Translations under genes and position numbers: made by a program
The notes under the pieces: model-generated
What the model was told of the DNA's origin: nothing
Database searches by the model: none
The model's input: only the letters and a program-made list of their open reading frames with translations
DNA from: an uncultured Spirochaetaceae bacterium
Lineage (GTDB): Bacteria > Myxococcota_A > UBA9160 > UBA4427
Direction of reading: 5' to 3'
DNA length: 64,000 bases
Assembly: GCA_964565565.1 (NCBI GenBank)
Contig: CAZMFM010000002.1
Location: forward strand, 27,674-91,673
Shown: positions 53,921 through 62,416 of the stretch, in pieces
Numbering within the stretch: position 1 is the stretch's first letter
How the letters are laid out: every line of letters begins with the position of its first letter

Positions 53921-54648
53921 TGCCCGGCAAAACGATTCGGATGCTGGCCTGCTTTGGCGTGTTCCTGATGGTCTTTCTACTCGCGGCGGACATCGCCGCA
54001 CGCGGCCGTGGCCGCGGAGGAGGGGGCGGCCGACGTGGCGGAGGTGGCTTTAGCCGCGGAGGAGGGGGGTTCAATCGTGGCGGCGGCGGACTCAATCGAG
54101 GACGAGCAGGTGGTGGTGTCCGCCGCAGTCCGAACGTGTCTCGCAGAGGACCTGCGGCGCGTGGGACCTTCAAAGGTCGTGGTGCCAGAACGGGCGGCTG
54201 GGGCTCTGGGTCGAAAGGCGACTGGCGCTCTGGGTCGAAAGAGCGCAAACGACCGTCGAGGCCCTCAGTACAACCCGAGCGCAAAAAGCGAAAAGGCGAT
54301 TCGAAACGCGAGCAGGTGCAGGAAAGGAATAACAATAGAAGCCAGACAGAAACGCGTGATCGGAGGCTGGATTCCAAGCAGAGGGAGGAGGTTCGGGATC
54401 GCGTGGAAAAGCGGCAAGACTATCGAAACGAATACTACGACGATCGCAATGAGTTCTACGACGATTGGGCGCACTTCGGCGTAGGAACATCGATCACATC
54501 GGTTACGTTCGATTCGCTCTCGTGTACGTCGACGAGCTCTGTTCATGGCGGAGTGACCTACTATGACTGTGGTGGAGTCTGGTACAACCGGGTATATCGC
54601 GAGGGGTTCGTCAGCTATTTGGTCGTTGAGCAGCCAGCCGGTCGTTAG
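53920..54648 (+). CDS. secreted Arg/Gly-rich low-complexity protein with a Tyr/Cys-containing C-terminal domain
   Basis: The ATG overlaps the upstream TAA (TAATG). Signal peptide MLACFGVFLMVFLLAADIAA. RGRGRGGGGGRRGGGGFSRGGGGFNRGGGGLNRG repeats. A charged R/E/K/D/Q-rich middle. C-terminus ..GGVTYYDCGGVWYNRVYREGFVSYLVVEQPAGR*. Confidence 0.7.
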   Translation: MPGKTIRMLACFGVFLMVFLLAADIAARGRGRGGGGGRRGGGGFSRGGGGFNRGGGGLNRGRAGGGVRRSPNVSRRGPAARGTFKGRGARTGGWGSGSKGDWRSGSKERKRPSRPSVQPERKKRKGDSKREQVQERNNNRSQTETRDRRLDSKQREEVRDRVEKRQDYRNEYYDDRNEFYDDWAHFGVGTSITSVTFDSLSCTSTSSVHGGVTYYDCGGVWYNRVYREGFVSYLVVEQPAGR

Positions 54649-54663
54649 GTCGAAGAGGCACGG

Positions 54664-55101
54664 GTGAGCGGCTTCAAGGTCTTTCGAGTCTGGATTCGCG
54701 CTCTCCCGATCGTACTTTTGATTGTCGTCGCATCGCTTCAATACGCCTTGGTGCGAGGCGCAGCACTGAGCCCGTGGTCGGGCGGCGGTTTTGGCATGTT
54801 CTCGACACTCGACCACGGCAGCCGTCGCCATCTACATGCGTTCATTGTGCGGCCAGGCCTTCGCCGCGAAGTGATCTTGTCCCGTGCCCACGCAGATCAG
54901 GTGAAGCGCGCATTGGCGCTTCCTACGCGGGCCAGGCTCGCCGATCTCGCAGGCATCGTCGCGGAAATTCCGACCGCGGACTACGGACCGGCCAGAGCGG
55001 TACAGATCCAGGTCTGGAATACGCATTTCGGCCCGCAAACGCTGACTCCCGTGAGTCGTGTCCTGCGCGAGTTCGTGTTGCCACTCGATCATGAAAACTG
55101 A
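54664..55101 (+). CDS. small membrane-anchored protein (one N-terminal TM helix)
   Basis: GTG start 15 nt after the previous stop. TM helix ALPIVLLIVVASLQYAL, then ..SPWSGGGFGMFSTLDHGSRRHLHAFIVRPG.. No recognisable family. Confidence 0.55.
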   Translation: MSGFKVFRVWIRALPIVLLIVVASLQYALVRGAALSPWSGGGFGMFSTLDHGSRRHLHAFIVRPGLRREVILSRAHADQVKRALALPTRARLADLAGIVAEIPTADYGPARAVQIQVWNTHFGPQTLTPVSRVLREFVLPLDHEN

Positions 55102-55981
55102 TATCGGAGGCATCTGGAGTTGGATCTCCAGGATTGATTCTCGTTCTCTAGCCTTGCGTCTCACGCTGCTGGCTTTGGTCTTGCATCCGGTCGGTGGCGA
55201 ATCGATCCGATTATTCGTCTTCGGCCTGGCGCTCGTCGGTTTGATGTTCCCCGGGATGTTGGACCGTCCCCAGCTGTGGGGTGCCCTCACTCTCCTGACG
55301 GGAACCCGGGTGGTGCTTGACTGGCCGCTCGCCGACAATCACGCCTATCTCCTCGCCTATTGGTGTCTGGCGATTGCGCTGTCCTGTTTCGCCAAGGATC
55401 GGGTCCGGCTGATCACCCTGAATGCTCGTTGGCTGATCGTTCTGGTATTCGGATTTGCATCGTTTTGGAAGTTGATCCTGTCGCCGGACTTCGTCGACGG
55501 GACTTTCTTTCGGGTGACATTCCTTGTCGATCCGCGATTCGAGGGCTTCACGCGTTTCATCGGCGGTCTGTCGATAGAGGAGATCGAGGCGGCTCGTGCA
55601 GCGCTCGGACGTCACGCCGACTCCGGCACCCTCGAATCGCTCGCGGCCGCGACCCCTGGCATCGGGCTCGAGTGGCTGGCCTTTGCGACTACGGCGTGGA
55701 CCCTCGCCATCGAGATTGCGGTCTGCGTGACCTTTTGTTGGGTTCGGGGCAACGGCCCATCGAAGTTTCGCGATGGATTGCTGATCGTCTTCTGCGCAAG
55801 CACCTACGCCGTAGCGACCGTCGATGGCTTTGCGTGGTTGCTGATCGCCATGGGCGTCGCCCAGTGTGAGGAAGGTCGCCCGCGTACCCGCGCCGCCTAC
55901 CTCTTGACGTTCGTCTTGATCTTCTTCTATCGCGAAGTCCGATGGCTCACATTTCTCGCTGATTGGATGAGCTCTAGCTAG
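55091..55981 (+). CDS. polytopic membrane protein, possibly HTTM (vitamin K-dependent gamma-carboxylase-like) domain
   Basis: The ATG lies 11 nt inside the previous ORF. About 7-8 TM helices. ..SRIDSRSLALRLTLLALVL.. at the N-terminus and ..WPLADNHAYLLAYWCLAIAL.. resemble the HTTM N-terminal and NHxYL motifs. The functional call is tentative. Confidence 0.6.
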   Translation: MKTDIGGIWSWISRIDSRSLALRLTLLALVLHPVGGESIRLFVFGLALVGLMFPGMLDRPQLWGALTLLTGTRVVLDWPLADNHAYLLAYWCLAIALSCFAKDRVRLITLNARWLIVLVFGFASFWKLILSPDFVDGTFFRVTFLVDPRFEGFTRFIGGLSIEEIEAARAALGRHADSGTLESLAAATPGIGLEWLAFATTAWTLAIEIAVCVTFCWVRGNGPSKFRDGLLIVFCASTYAVATVDGFAWLLIAMGVAQCEEGRPRTRAAYLLTFVLIFFYREVRWLTFLADWMSSS

Positions 55982-56229
55982 GCCCGACTGGAAGAGCCTG
56001 GATTCGCTCCGACGGTGACGGAGCAGAACGGGTCGCCGGGACTTCGAGAGGCGAATGGGCTCGGGGATTGATTTGGGTGGACGCGCACCGGAATCAATGG
56101 ACGCACGCTGCGGCCTGCAAGCTAGACTGTCGGCTTCGTAGAGGGATGGGCTGTCGTGTCCCGATCCGGGATAAGCAATGAAGCGGACCGGGTTCCGAAC
56201 TCGACCGGACCCGAGGAGGAAACATCGCT

Positions 56230-57606
56230 GTGAAACGAATGAATCGCATCAATCGATTCGCAAAGTCTTTCGCTCTGGCGCTCGTTGGGCTGGCGTTGGC
56301 CTTGGGGTCGTCGTCAACCGGTTCGGCGGACGAGACATGCATGTCGCCCTACATGGCAAAGATCGTCGGGCAGGAAGATTTCGTCTACGTCTGGACGCTC
56401 GGCGTCGAGGGCGTGGGAGACGAACAAGATAAACTGGTCACGGTCGATGTGAACCCGAAATCCAAGCACTATGGCCAGGTCATCAACAGCCTATCGGTAG
56501 GCGGTCGAAATGAAGCGCATCATTCTGGTCTGACTGATGATCGACGCTTTCTCTGGGCAGGCGGGCTCGACACCAACAAGATCTTCATCTTCGATGTCCA
56601 CAGCGATCCTGCGAAGCCGACACTCCATAAGACGATCGAGAGTTTCGTGAAGCAGAGCGGCGGCGTGGTCGGGCCCCATACCCACTACGCATTGCCGGGG
56701 CGAATGCTGATTACCGGACTTTCGAATAACAAGGACCATGGTGGTCGGACCGCGATGGTCGAATATACGAATGACGGGAAGTTCGTCGCGACGCACTGGA
56801 TGCCCACGGACGACAAGCTCGACGGTGCGGTCAAGGCCGGCAAGATCGCCGATGGATACGGGTACGACGTACGGGTGTTGCCGAGACGAAATGTGATGGT
56901 GACTTCGTCGTTTACCGGTTGGAACAATTACATGATGGATTTCGGCAAAATGCTGAACGATCCGGAGGCGATGAAGCATTTCGGAAATACCGTCGTCGTA
57001 TGGGATCTGCACTCACGCAAGCCGAAGAAGATCTTCGACGTCCCCGGTGCGCCGCTGGAACTCCGCTGTGCCTGGGGCGCGAACAACGACTACTGCTTTA
57101 CGACGACGGCTTTGACCTCGAAGATCTGGCTGATCTACGAGGACGACGACGGCGAGTGGCAGGCCGAGGAAGTCGCGGACATCGGTGATCCCTCGAAGAT
57201 CCCACTCCCGGTGGATATCTCGATCACCGCGGACGATGGATTGCTCTGGGTCAACACCTTCATGGACGGTACGACGCGACTCTTCGATATCAGCGACCCC
57301 CATAAGCCCGTACTCCGGTACGAAGAAGTGATCGGGCAACAGGTGAATATGGTGTCCCAGAGCTGGGATGGCGAGCGCGTGTACTTTACGACTTCGTTGC
57401 TGGCCAACTGGGACAAGAAGGGGGACGCGGACGACCAGTTCCTCAAGCTCTACGATTGGGACGGCAAGAAGCTGAGTCCCGTCTTCAGCATTGATTTCAA
57501 GAAAGAGAAGCTGGGGCGACCGCACCAGATGCGCTTCGGAGCCTATGCGCTCTACGGGATGGAGCCGGCGAATGCGGATGATTCCCGGGTTGCCGGTCGC
57601 GACTAA
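56230..57606 (+). CDS. mtoX: SBP56-family selenium-binding protein / methanethiol oxidase, periplasmic
   Basis: GTG start 10 nt after GGAGG. Signal peptide ..ALVGLALALGSSSTGSA. Family-wide pattern ..DFVYVWT..DKLVTVDVNPKS..YGQVI..GNEAHHSG..LWAGGLDTNKIFIFDV..GPHTHYALP.. Confidence 0.85.
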   Translation: MKRMNRINRFAKSFALALVGLALALGSSSTGSADETCMSPYMAKIVGQEDFVYVWTLGVEGVGDEQDKLVTVDVNPKSKHYGQVINSLSVGGRNEAHHSGLTDDRRFLWAGGLDTNKIFIFDVHSDPAKPTLHKTIESFVKQSGGVVGPHTHYALPGRMLITGLSNNKDHGGRTAMVEYTNDGKFVATHWMPTDDKLDGAVKAGKIADGYGYDVRVLPRRNVMVTSSFTGWNNYMMDFGKMLNDPEAMKHFGNTVVVWDLHSRKPKKIFDVPGAPLELRCAWGANNDYCFTTTALTSKIWLIYEDDDGEWQAEEVADIGDPSKIPLPVDISITADDGLLWVNTFMDGTTRLFDISDPHKPVLRYEEVIGQQVNMVSQSWDGERVYFTTSLLANWDKKGDADDQFLKLYDWDGKKLSPVFSIDFKKEKLGRPHQMRFGAYALYGMEPANADDSRVAGRD

Positions 57607-57630
57607 CGGCGCTGTGCGGAGGCGCATCGC

Positions 57631-59643
57631 GTGACAAGATCTTTGAGTCGAGGCGAGGCCATGTCCGTCCGCAGGCCGTGCGCAATCAGCGTTGCAATCG
57701 CCCTCTGTTTTTTGATTGCGGCGTGCGCCGAAGATGAAGATTGGCGCGGGGCCGAGCAGGAGGCGCGCGGAGACCGGGGAACCGAACTGGTCGCTGACGA
57801 AGCTCCTCTTGCGCCCGGCTACGGACCGCTCGGATTCGAAGCACCTCGGCCTGGAACCTACGCGTTGCCGCCCCTGGGCGAGGCCGGCGACGGCCATGTA
57901 CTAGCCAGTGACGGTTCGCCCACCACGCTTCATGCCGTGCTGGGCGGCAAGGTCGCGATTCTCAGTCTGATGTATGCGAACTGCAGCGACGTGAACGGAT
58001 GCCCGCTGGCGACGGCCGTCCTGCACCAGATCGCGAGTCGTATGGAGAAGGATACAGGGCTCGCCGGTGGGCTCCGATTGTTGAGTCTGAGCTTTGATCC
58101 AGTCCGGGACACACCGGCGGTCATGGCCGGGTACGCGTCCCATCACGTCGGGCATGGTGTCGATTGGCAATTTCTGACGACGTCCTCGGAGGCCGAATTG
58201 AATCCGATCCTGGCCGACTACGGGCAATCGCTCGTTCCGGAGTTTGCTGAAGACGGTTCCGACCTCGGGAGCATTTCCCATATCCTGCGTGTCTTCTTGA
58301 TCGATTCCGATCGGCGAATCCGCAACATCTACAGCGTCTCCTATCTCCACGCCGATACGCTCATCGCGGATGCGAAGACCCTGCTCATGGAGCAATCCAA
58401 GTCGCCGGCGGCGGACGAGTTGAGGGCGGCATCGCCCGAATCGCATCGGCCGGGAGATTTCAAGGGCGGATACGAACGCGTGGACTACGCATCACGCTCG
58501 CTCGGTCTGCGGGGGCGCCGAGGCAAGTCTGCGGATCTGCTGGGACGCGCGAGGAGCGGCCAGCTCGGATTGCCGAAGCTGTCGGTTCCGCCCGACAATC
58601 CGTTGACCCGCGAGAAGGTCGCGCTGGGACGCAGGCTTTTCTACGACCGGCGCTTATCCTCGAATAACACTCTTTCTTGCGCGATGTGCCATGTACCAGA
58701 GCAGGGCTTCGCGAATAATGAATTGGCGATGGCGGTCGGAATCGAGGGGCGCACAGTCAGGCGAAATGCCCCGACGATCTTGAACGTAGGCTTTTCGAGT
58801 CTCTTCTTTCACGACGGTCGAGAGAATCGGCTCGAGAACCAGATCTGGGGACCGCTGCTCGCGCGAAACGAAATGGGCAATGCCTCGATCGGTGCGGTGA
58901 TCGAGCGGATCAGGGGAATCGGGGAGTACGCCTCGCTCTTTGAGGCTGCCTTTCCCGAGCGAGGTCTCGCGATCGAGACCATTGGCATGGCCCTGGCGAG
59001 CTACGAACGGACTCTGGAATCCGGCAACTCTGCGTTTGATCGCTGGTACTACGCAAAGGATGAGGCCGCTCTGGGCGACGAAGCCGTCGAGGGCTTTCGC
59101 CTTTTCGTGGGTAGGGCAGGGTGCTCTGGCTGTCATCTGGTGGGAGCGGACTCCGCATTGTTTGAAGATGGCCAGCTTCACAACACCGGGATCGGCTTCG
59201 CGGTGTCGATGCTCGATGACCAGAGCGAACGCCCAATTCAACTCGCACCCGGCGAGTATGTGTCGGTCGATTCCGACTTGATCGCACAAGTGTCGGAGTC
59301 CATTCCAGACGATCTTGGCCGGTATGAGATCACTCAAAATCCCGATGACCGTTGGAAGTACAAGACACCCTCGCTGCGCAATGTCGCATTGACTTCGCCC
59401 TATATGCATAACGGCTCCTTGGCGACGCTCCGCGAGGTCGTCGAGTTCTATAATCGCGGTGGTGTGCCCAATGAACTGCTCGATCAGCGCATCCGTCGGC
59501 TGGATTTGTCAGATGAGGAGATGCGGCGAATCGTGGCTTTTCTCGAATCGCTTTCGGGGGGTGATGTCGAGGCGTTGATCGCAGACGCATTTTCGGCGCA
59601 GGTCGGCGACCCCGACCCGGGCGAGTCTAAACCGGTCGACTAG
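57631..59643 (+). CDS. fusion protein: SCO1/SenC-like thioredoxin-fold domain + MauG/di-haem cytochrome c peroxidase domain (lipoprotein)
   Basis: Lipobox FLIAAC. The SCO-like segment is ..KVAILSLMYANCSDVNGCP..ISHILRVFLIDSDRRIRNIY.. Two haem motifs, CAMCH and CSGCH. CCP/MauG motif ..PSLRNVALTSPYMHNGSLATLREVVEFYNRGG.. Confidence 0.85.
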   Translation: MTRSLSRGEAMSVRRPCAISVAIALCFLIAACAEDEDWRGAEQEARGDRGTELVADEAPLAPGYGPLGFEAPRPGTYALPPLGEAGDGHVLASDGSPTTLHAVLGGKVAILSLMYANCSDVNGCPLATAVLHQIASRMEKDTGLAGGLRLLSLSFDPVRDTPAVMAGYASHHVGHGVDWQFLTTSSEAELNPILADYGQSLVPEFAEDGSDLGSISHILRVFLIDSDRRIRNIYSVSYLHADTLIADAKTLLMEQSKSPAADELRAASPESHRPGDFKGGYERVDYASRSLGLRGRRGKSADLLGRARSGQLGLPKLSVPPDNPLTREKVALGRRLFYDRRLSSNNTLSCAMCHVPEQGFANNELAMAVGIEGRTVRRNAPTILNVGFSSLFFHDGRENRLENQIWGPLLARNEMGNASIGAVIERIRGIGEYASLFEAAFPERGLAIETIGMALASYERTLESGNSAFDRWYYAKDEAALGDEAVEGFRLFVGRAGCSGCHLVGADSALFEDGQLHNTGIGFAVSMLDDQSERPIQLAPGEYVSVDSDLIAQVSESIPDDLGRYEITQNPDDRWKYKTPSLRNVALTSPYMHNGSLATLREVVEFYNRGGVPNELLDQRIRRLDLSDEEMRRIVAFLESLSGGDVEALIADAFSAQVGDPDPGESKPVD

Positions 59644-59773
59644 CGTTCTAGGCGTGGATAGAGCGGCCGATCGCGTTCCATGCGATTGAGTCCGTCAAGC
59701 TTCGTGGCTGCTTTGGTCGCGGTTGTCGGTCAGCCGCTTTCGCGGGTTCCGCGATCGCGCGCGCCAGTGGCGA

Positions 59774-61336
59774 TCAGAGCGCTTGGAGTTCCTCTCGGAA
59801 GTCAGTCACAAACCGGTTGATCCGTTGCCTCGCTCGGTCGAGGGAAAGTTCGCCGCCATGCGGCGCGTAGGCGACGATCTTGACTAACGACGGTTGAATT
59901 TCTCGCTGAAAAGGGCCTGAATCCAACGCCAGGAAGTGTCGCCAGGATTCGCGGATGAGCCCGAGGTAGCGGGGCCGCCAAGCATAGACCCAGGCATGCT
60001 CTGCTTCGGGGGTCGGCGCAGCGAGTGCAGTATCGATCTCCCGGTCGAGGATCCAGATTCGTTCTCGATTCCGACGCACGAGATTCCAGTCTGGGCCGGG
60101 AAACATTCGCTTTGAAGAAAAGAACCGCGCCGGGAAGCTGTGACCATCGGTCGCCTGCCCGATCAGGATGTCGATGAAATGCAAGGGGCGATTGGCGTCC
60201 GCGGCAAGGCGGTATCGCCGATGGAATTTTCCAGCGACCACGCCATTGAACATCGGATCCGCTGGTGCCGTCTCGCTCGTCCAGCCGAATCCGGCTGCCG
60301 GAAAGTCTACGATCCGAGCTTCGCGGTTCGGCTTGGGGGTGATGTGAGGGATTGCGAGCGAGAGTACGAGCAATCCAAAGAGGTAGAGTGAAGCAATTCT
60401 CCATCCGGCTAACTCTGGAGAGCGCATTGGTACATCGCGTTGTGTATCACCCTTCCCATCGGTTTCGAGTGACCACGCCATCAAATAGATGAACGCCGTT
60501 CCGCCCATCAAGACGACGACACCCTGAAGTGTATGGTCGGCTCCGACTCCTGCGAGCTTTTCGGGGTCGGGGCTTCCCGCCACGTAGGTCGCTCGAAGGA
60601 CATTGATCAGGAAGCCGACGAAGGGTGTGAATCCAACCAACAACCAAGCTCGCCAGCCGCGCAAGTGGATCGTTTCGGTCGTGCAGATCGCGACTAAGAC
60701 GAGAATCAGATTTCCCGTGAGTCCGCTGCAGGTGTCGATGACATGAAAAGTATGTTCCGCATCGCGCAATATCACGCCGGCTTGAAAGAAGTCGCGTCCC
60801 ATGGCATCGAGAAGCCACCCTGACCACCGTGTCGTACCGAGTTGAAGGAACCAGATGAGTTCATCCTCAATCGGCTTGGGTATTCGGACACCGAAACAAA
60901 GTACGAGAGCAGCCAGGCGAGCCGCGCGTAGGCCCGGCCATCCTTGAGCCGCCGTGGCCCAGGCGAGGCCGGACGCAGCCAGGGAGAGAAATAGGAGATC
61001 GCTCTTTCCGGAGAACTGCGACCAGGCGAACAGGGCCAGGCCGATCATGGCGAAGAACAACGCGATGATCTTTGCGCCCAGGACCGAATCACCTGCGACC
61101 GAAGAATGCTGGAACGCGCCGCGGCGACTCCAGAGTAGCCAAGCAGAGACGGCCAGGACGATTGGCCAGGGCAACGGGCCAGGACTGAAGACGGCGTTGC
61201 CGACGTCGACCTCGAGCGTCTGCCACCAAAGATTCCGATAGCTCGCGAGACCGAGAGCGATCAGGATCGCGATCGCATAGCCGGCGTGTCCGCTTCGTTC
61301 GGTATCAGTCACGACTTGGAACCGGCGCGTCGACAC
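59774..61336 (-). CDS. exosortase (EpsH family) fused to a C-terminal EpsI-like domain
   Basis: Polytopic N-terminal half with the exosortase active-site pattern ..HVIDTCSGLTGN.. (Cys), ..FLINVLRATYV.. (Arg) and ..GADHTLQGVVVLMGG.. (His). About 200-aa C-terminal soluble domain with ..FPAAGFGW..RRYR..FSSKRMFPGPDW.. resembling EpsI. The GTG start lies 6 nt after the upstream stop. Confidence 0.85.
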   Translation of the reverse strand: MSTRRFQVVTDTERSGHAGYAIAILIALGLASYRNLWWQTLEVDVGNAVFSPGPLPWPIVLAVSAWLLWSRRGAFQHSSVAGDSVLGAKIIALFFAMIGLALFAWSQFSGKSDLLFLSLAASGLAWATAAQGWPGLRAARLAALVLCFGVRIPKPIEDELIWFLQLGTTRWSGWLLDAMGRDFFQAGVILRDAEHTFHVIDTCSGLTGNLILVLVAICTTETIHLRGWRAWLLVGFTPFVGFLINVLRATYVAGSPDPEKLAGVGADHTLQGVVVLMGGTAFIYLMAWSLETDGKGDTQRDVPMRSPELAGWRIASLYLFGLLVLSLAIPHITPKPNREARIVDFPAAGFGWTSETAPADPMFNGVVAGKFHRRYRLAADANRPLHFIDILIGQATDGHSFPARFFSSKRMFPGPDWNLVRRNRERIWILDREIDTALAAPTPEAEHAWVYAWRPRYLGLIRESWRHFLALDSGPFQREIQPSLVKIVAYAPHGGELSLDRARQRINRFVTDFREELQAL

Positions 61337-61342
61337 CTTGGA

Positions 61343-62341
61343 TCAATCGAAAAACCCTTGCAGCTCGACGCGAAACCCGAAGACGAGGCGATAGATCCAT
61401 TCGTCGACCTCAGTCGAGAAGCGAGCATTCGCAATATCGCCTACGCCGATCGAGTCGTTGAAGGTTTCCGAGGCCTCGAATCGAACCTCCTCATGATTGC
61501 CTAGAACGCGGTACGCGCGGAAGCCGAGGAAGATCGAGCTCCCGATCCCATCAAAAACACTGGTATCCATCTCGAGATCCAGGCCGGGTCCGACGGCATG
61601 AAAGACTTTCGACGTCTGCGCTCTCAGCGAAAGCTCTCTGACCGAACTCAACGGCGCATTGCAGACCGTCATGCCAAACAAGGAAGGGTTGACGCATGCC
61701 GCATCAGAGACAAAGCCCGTAAAATCGACTTCATAGCGAAGCCAGGAAATGCTCGGTTTGATTCGAAAAGACCGGTCGAATGCATCGAAGGGGAAGGACA
61801 GGCCGAGATAGGCTCCCCAGGCGACATCGTTCATCTCGCCGGTGACTACGGTGCCTTGGCCGATGAAGGTGTCTTCATCAAAGGGACTGAGATTGCCCGG
61901 GCGTACCGGAGGTCTCAGTTCCCCGGGATCTCCCCGCCGAGCGAGCGCACGCTCAGACCCGAAGAGCGGAAGCATTTCGGCGCCGAAGACGATTCGAGGC
62001 CTCAGCGGAATTGGCAACTCTGGCGTCATCAACTCAAAGCCCAGACCAACGACCGGCGAGACATCGACTTCATTGTCTGATTTCGGCGGACGAATCGGGA
62101 ATGGCGTTGGATCTGCGGCTCCGGGTCCTGGGTACAGGGTCGACTCGGCGGCCCCTTTCCAGTTTTGGATGGTCGCGCCGGTTTGAATCGAAAGGGAGGA
62201 AATCCAGCGGTCGGCGGGATCTCGTCGAACTTCGATCCCCACAGAATCATCGGATTCGGGCTCTGCCTGTGCCACCGTCGGACGGCCCATCAGGAACGAA
62301 ATGACTACGATCCACGTCAGAGTGAAGTTGACTATTCGCAT
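61343..62341 (-). CDS. secreted hypothetical protein, predicted outer-membrane beta-barrel, co-transcribed with the exosortase
   Basis: Signal peptide MRIVNFTLTWIVVISFLMGRPTVAQA. Alternating beta-strand pattern. C-terminus ..RLVFGFRVELQGFFD*. No recognisable family. Confidence 0.6.
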   Translation of the reverse strand: MRIVNFTLTWIVVISFLMGRPTVAQAEPESDDSVGIEVRRDPADRWISSLSIQTGATIQNWKGAAESTLYPGPGAADPTPFPIRPPKSDNEVDVSPVVGLGFELMTPELPIPLRPRIVFGAEMLPLFGSERALARRGDPGELRPPVRPGNLSPFDEDTFIGQGTVVTGEMNDVAWGAYLGLSFPFDAFDRSFRIKPSISWLRYEVDFTGFVSDAACVNPSLFGMTVCNAPLSSVRELSLRAQTSKVFHAVGPGLDLEMDTSVFDGIGSSIFLGFRAYRVLGNHEEVRFEASETFNDSIGVGDIANARFSTEVDEWIYRLVFGFRVELQGFFD

Positions 62342-62416
62342 CGGGCTAGACAATATACCAGCGTTAGTGAGTTTTCAGCGACAGGTTCGCGCCTCTGCGC
62401 TCATAAAGGGTCCGCG

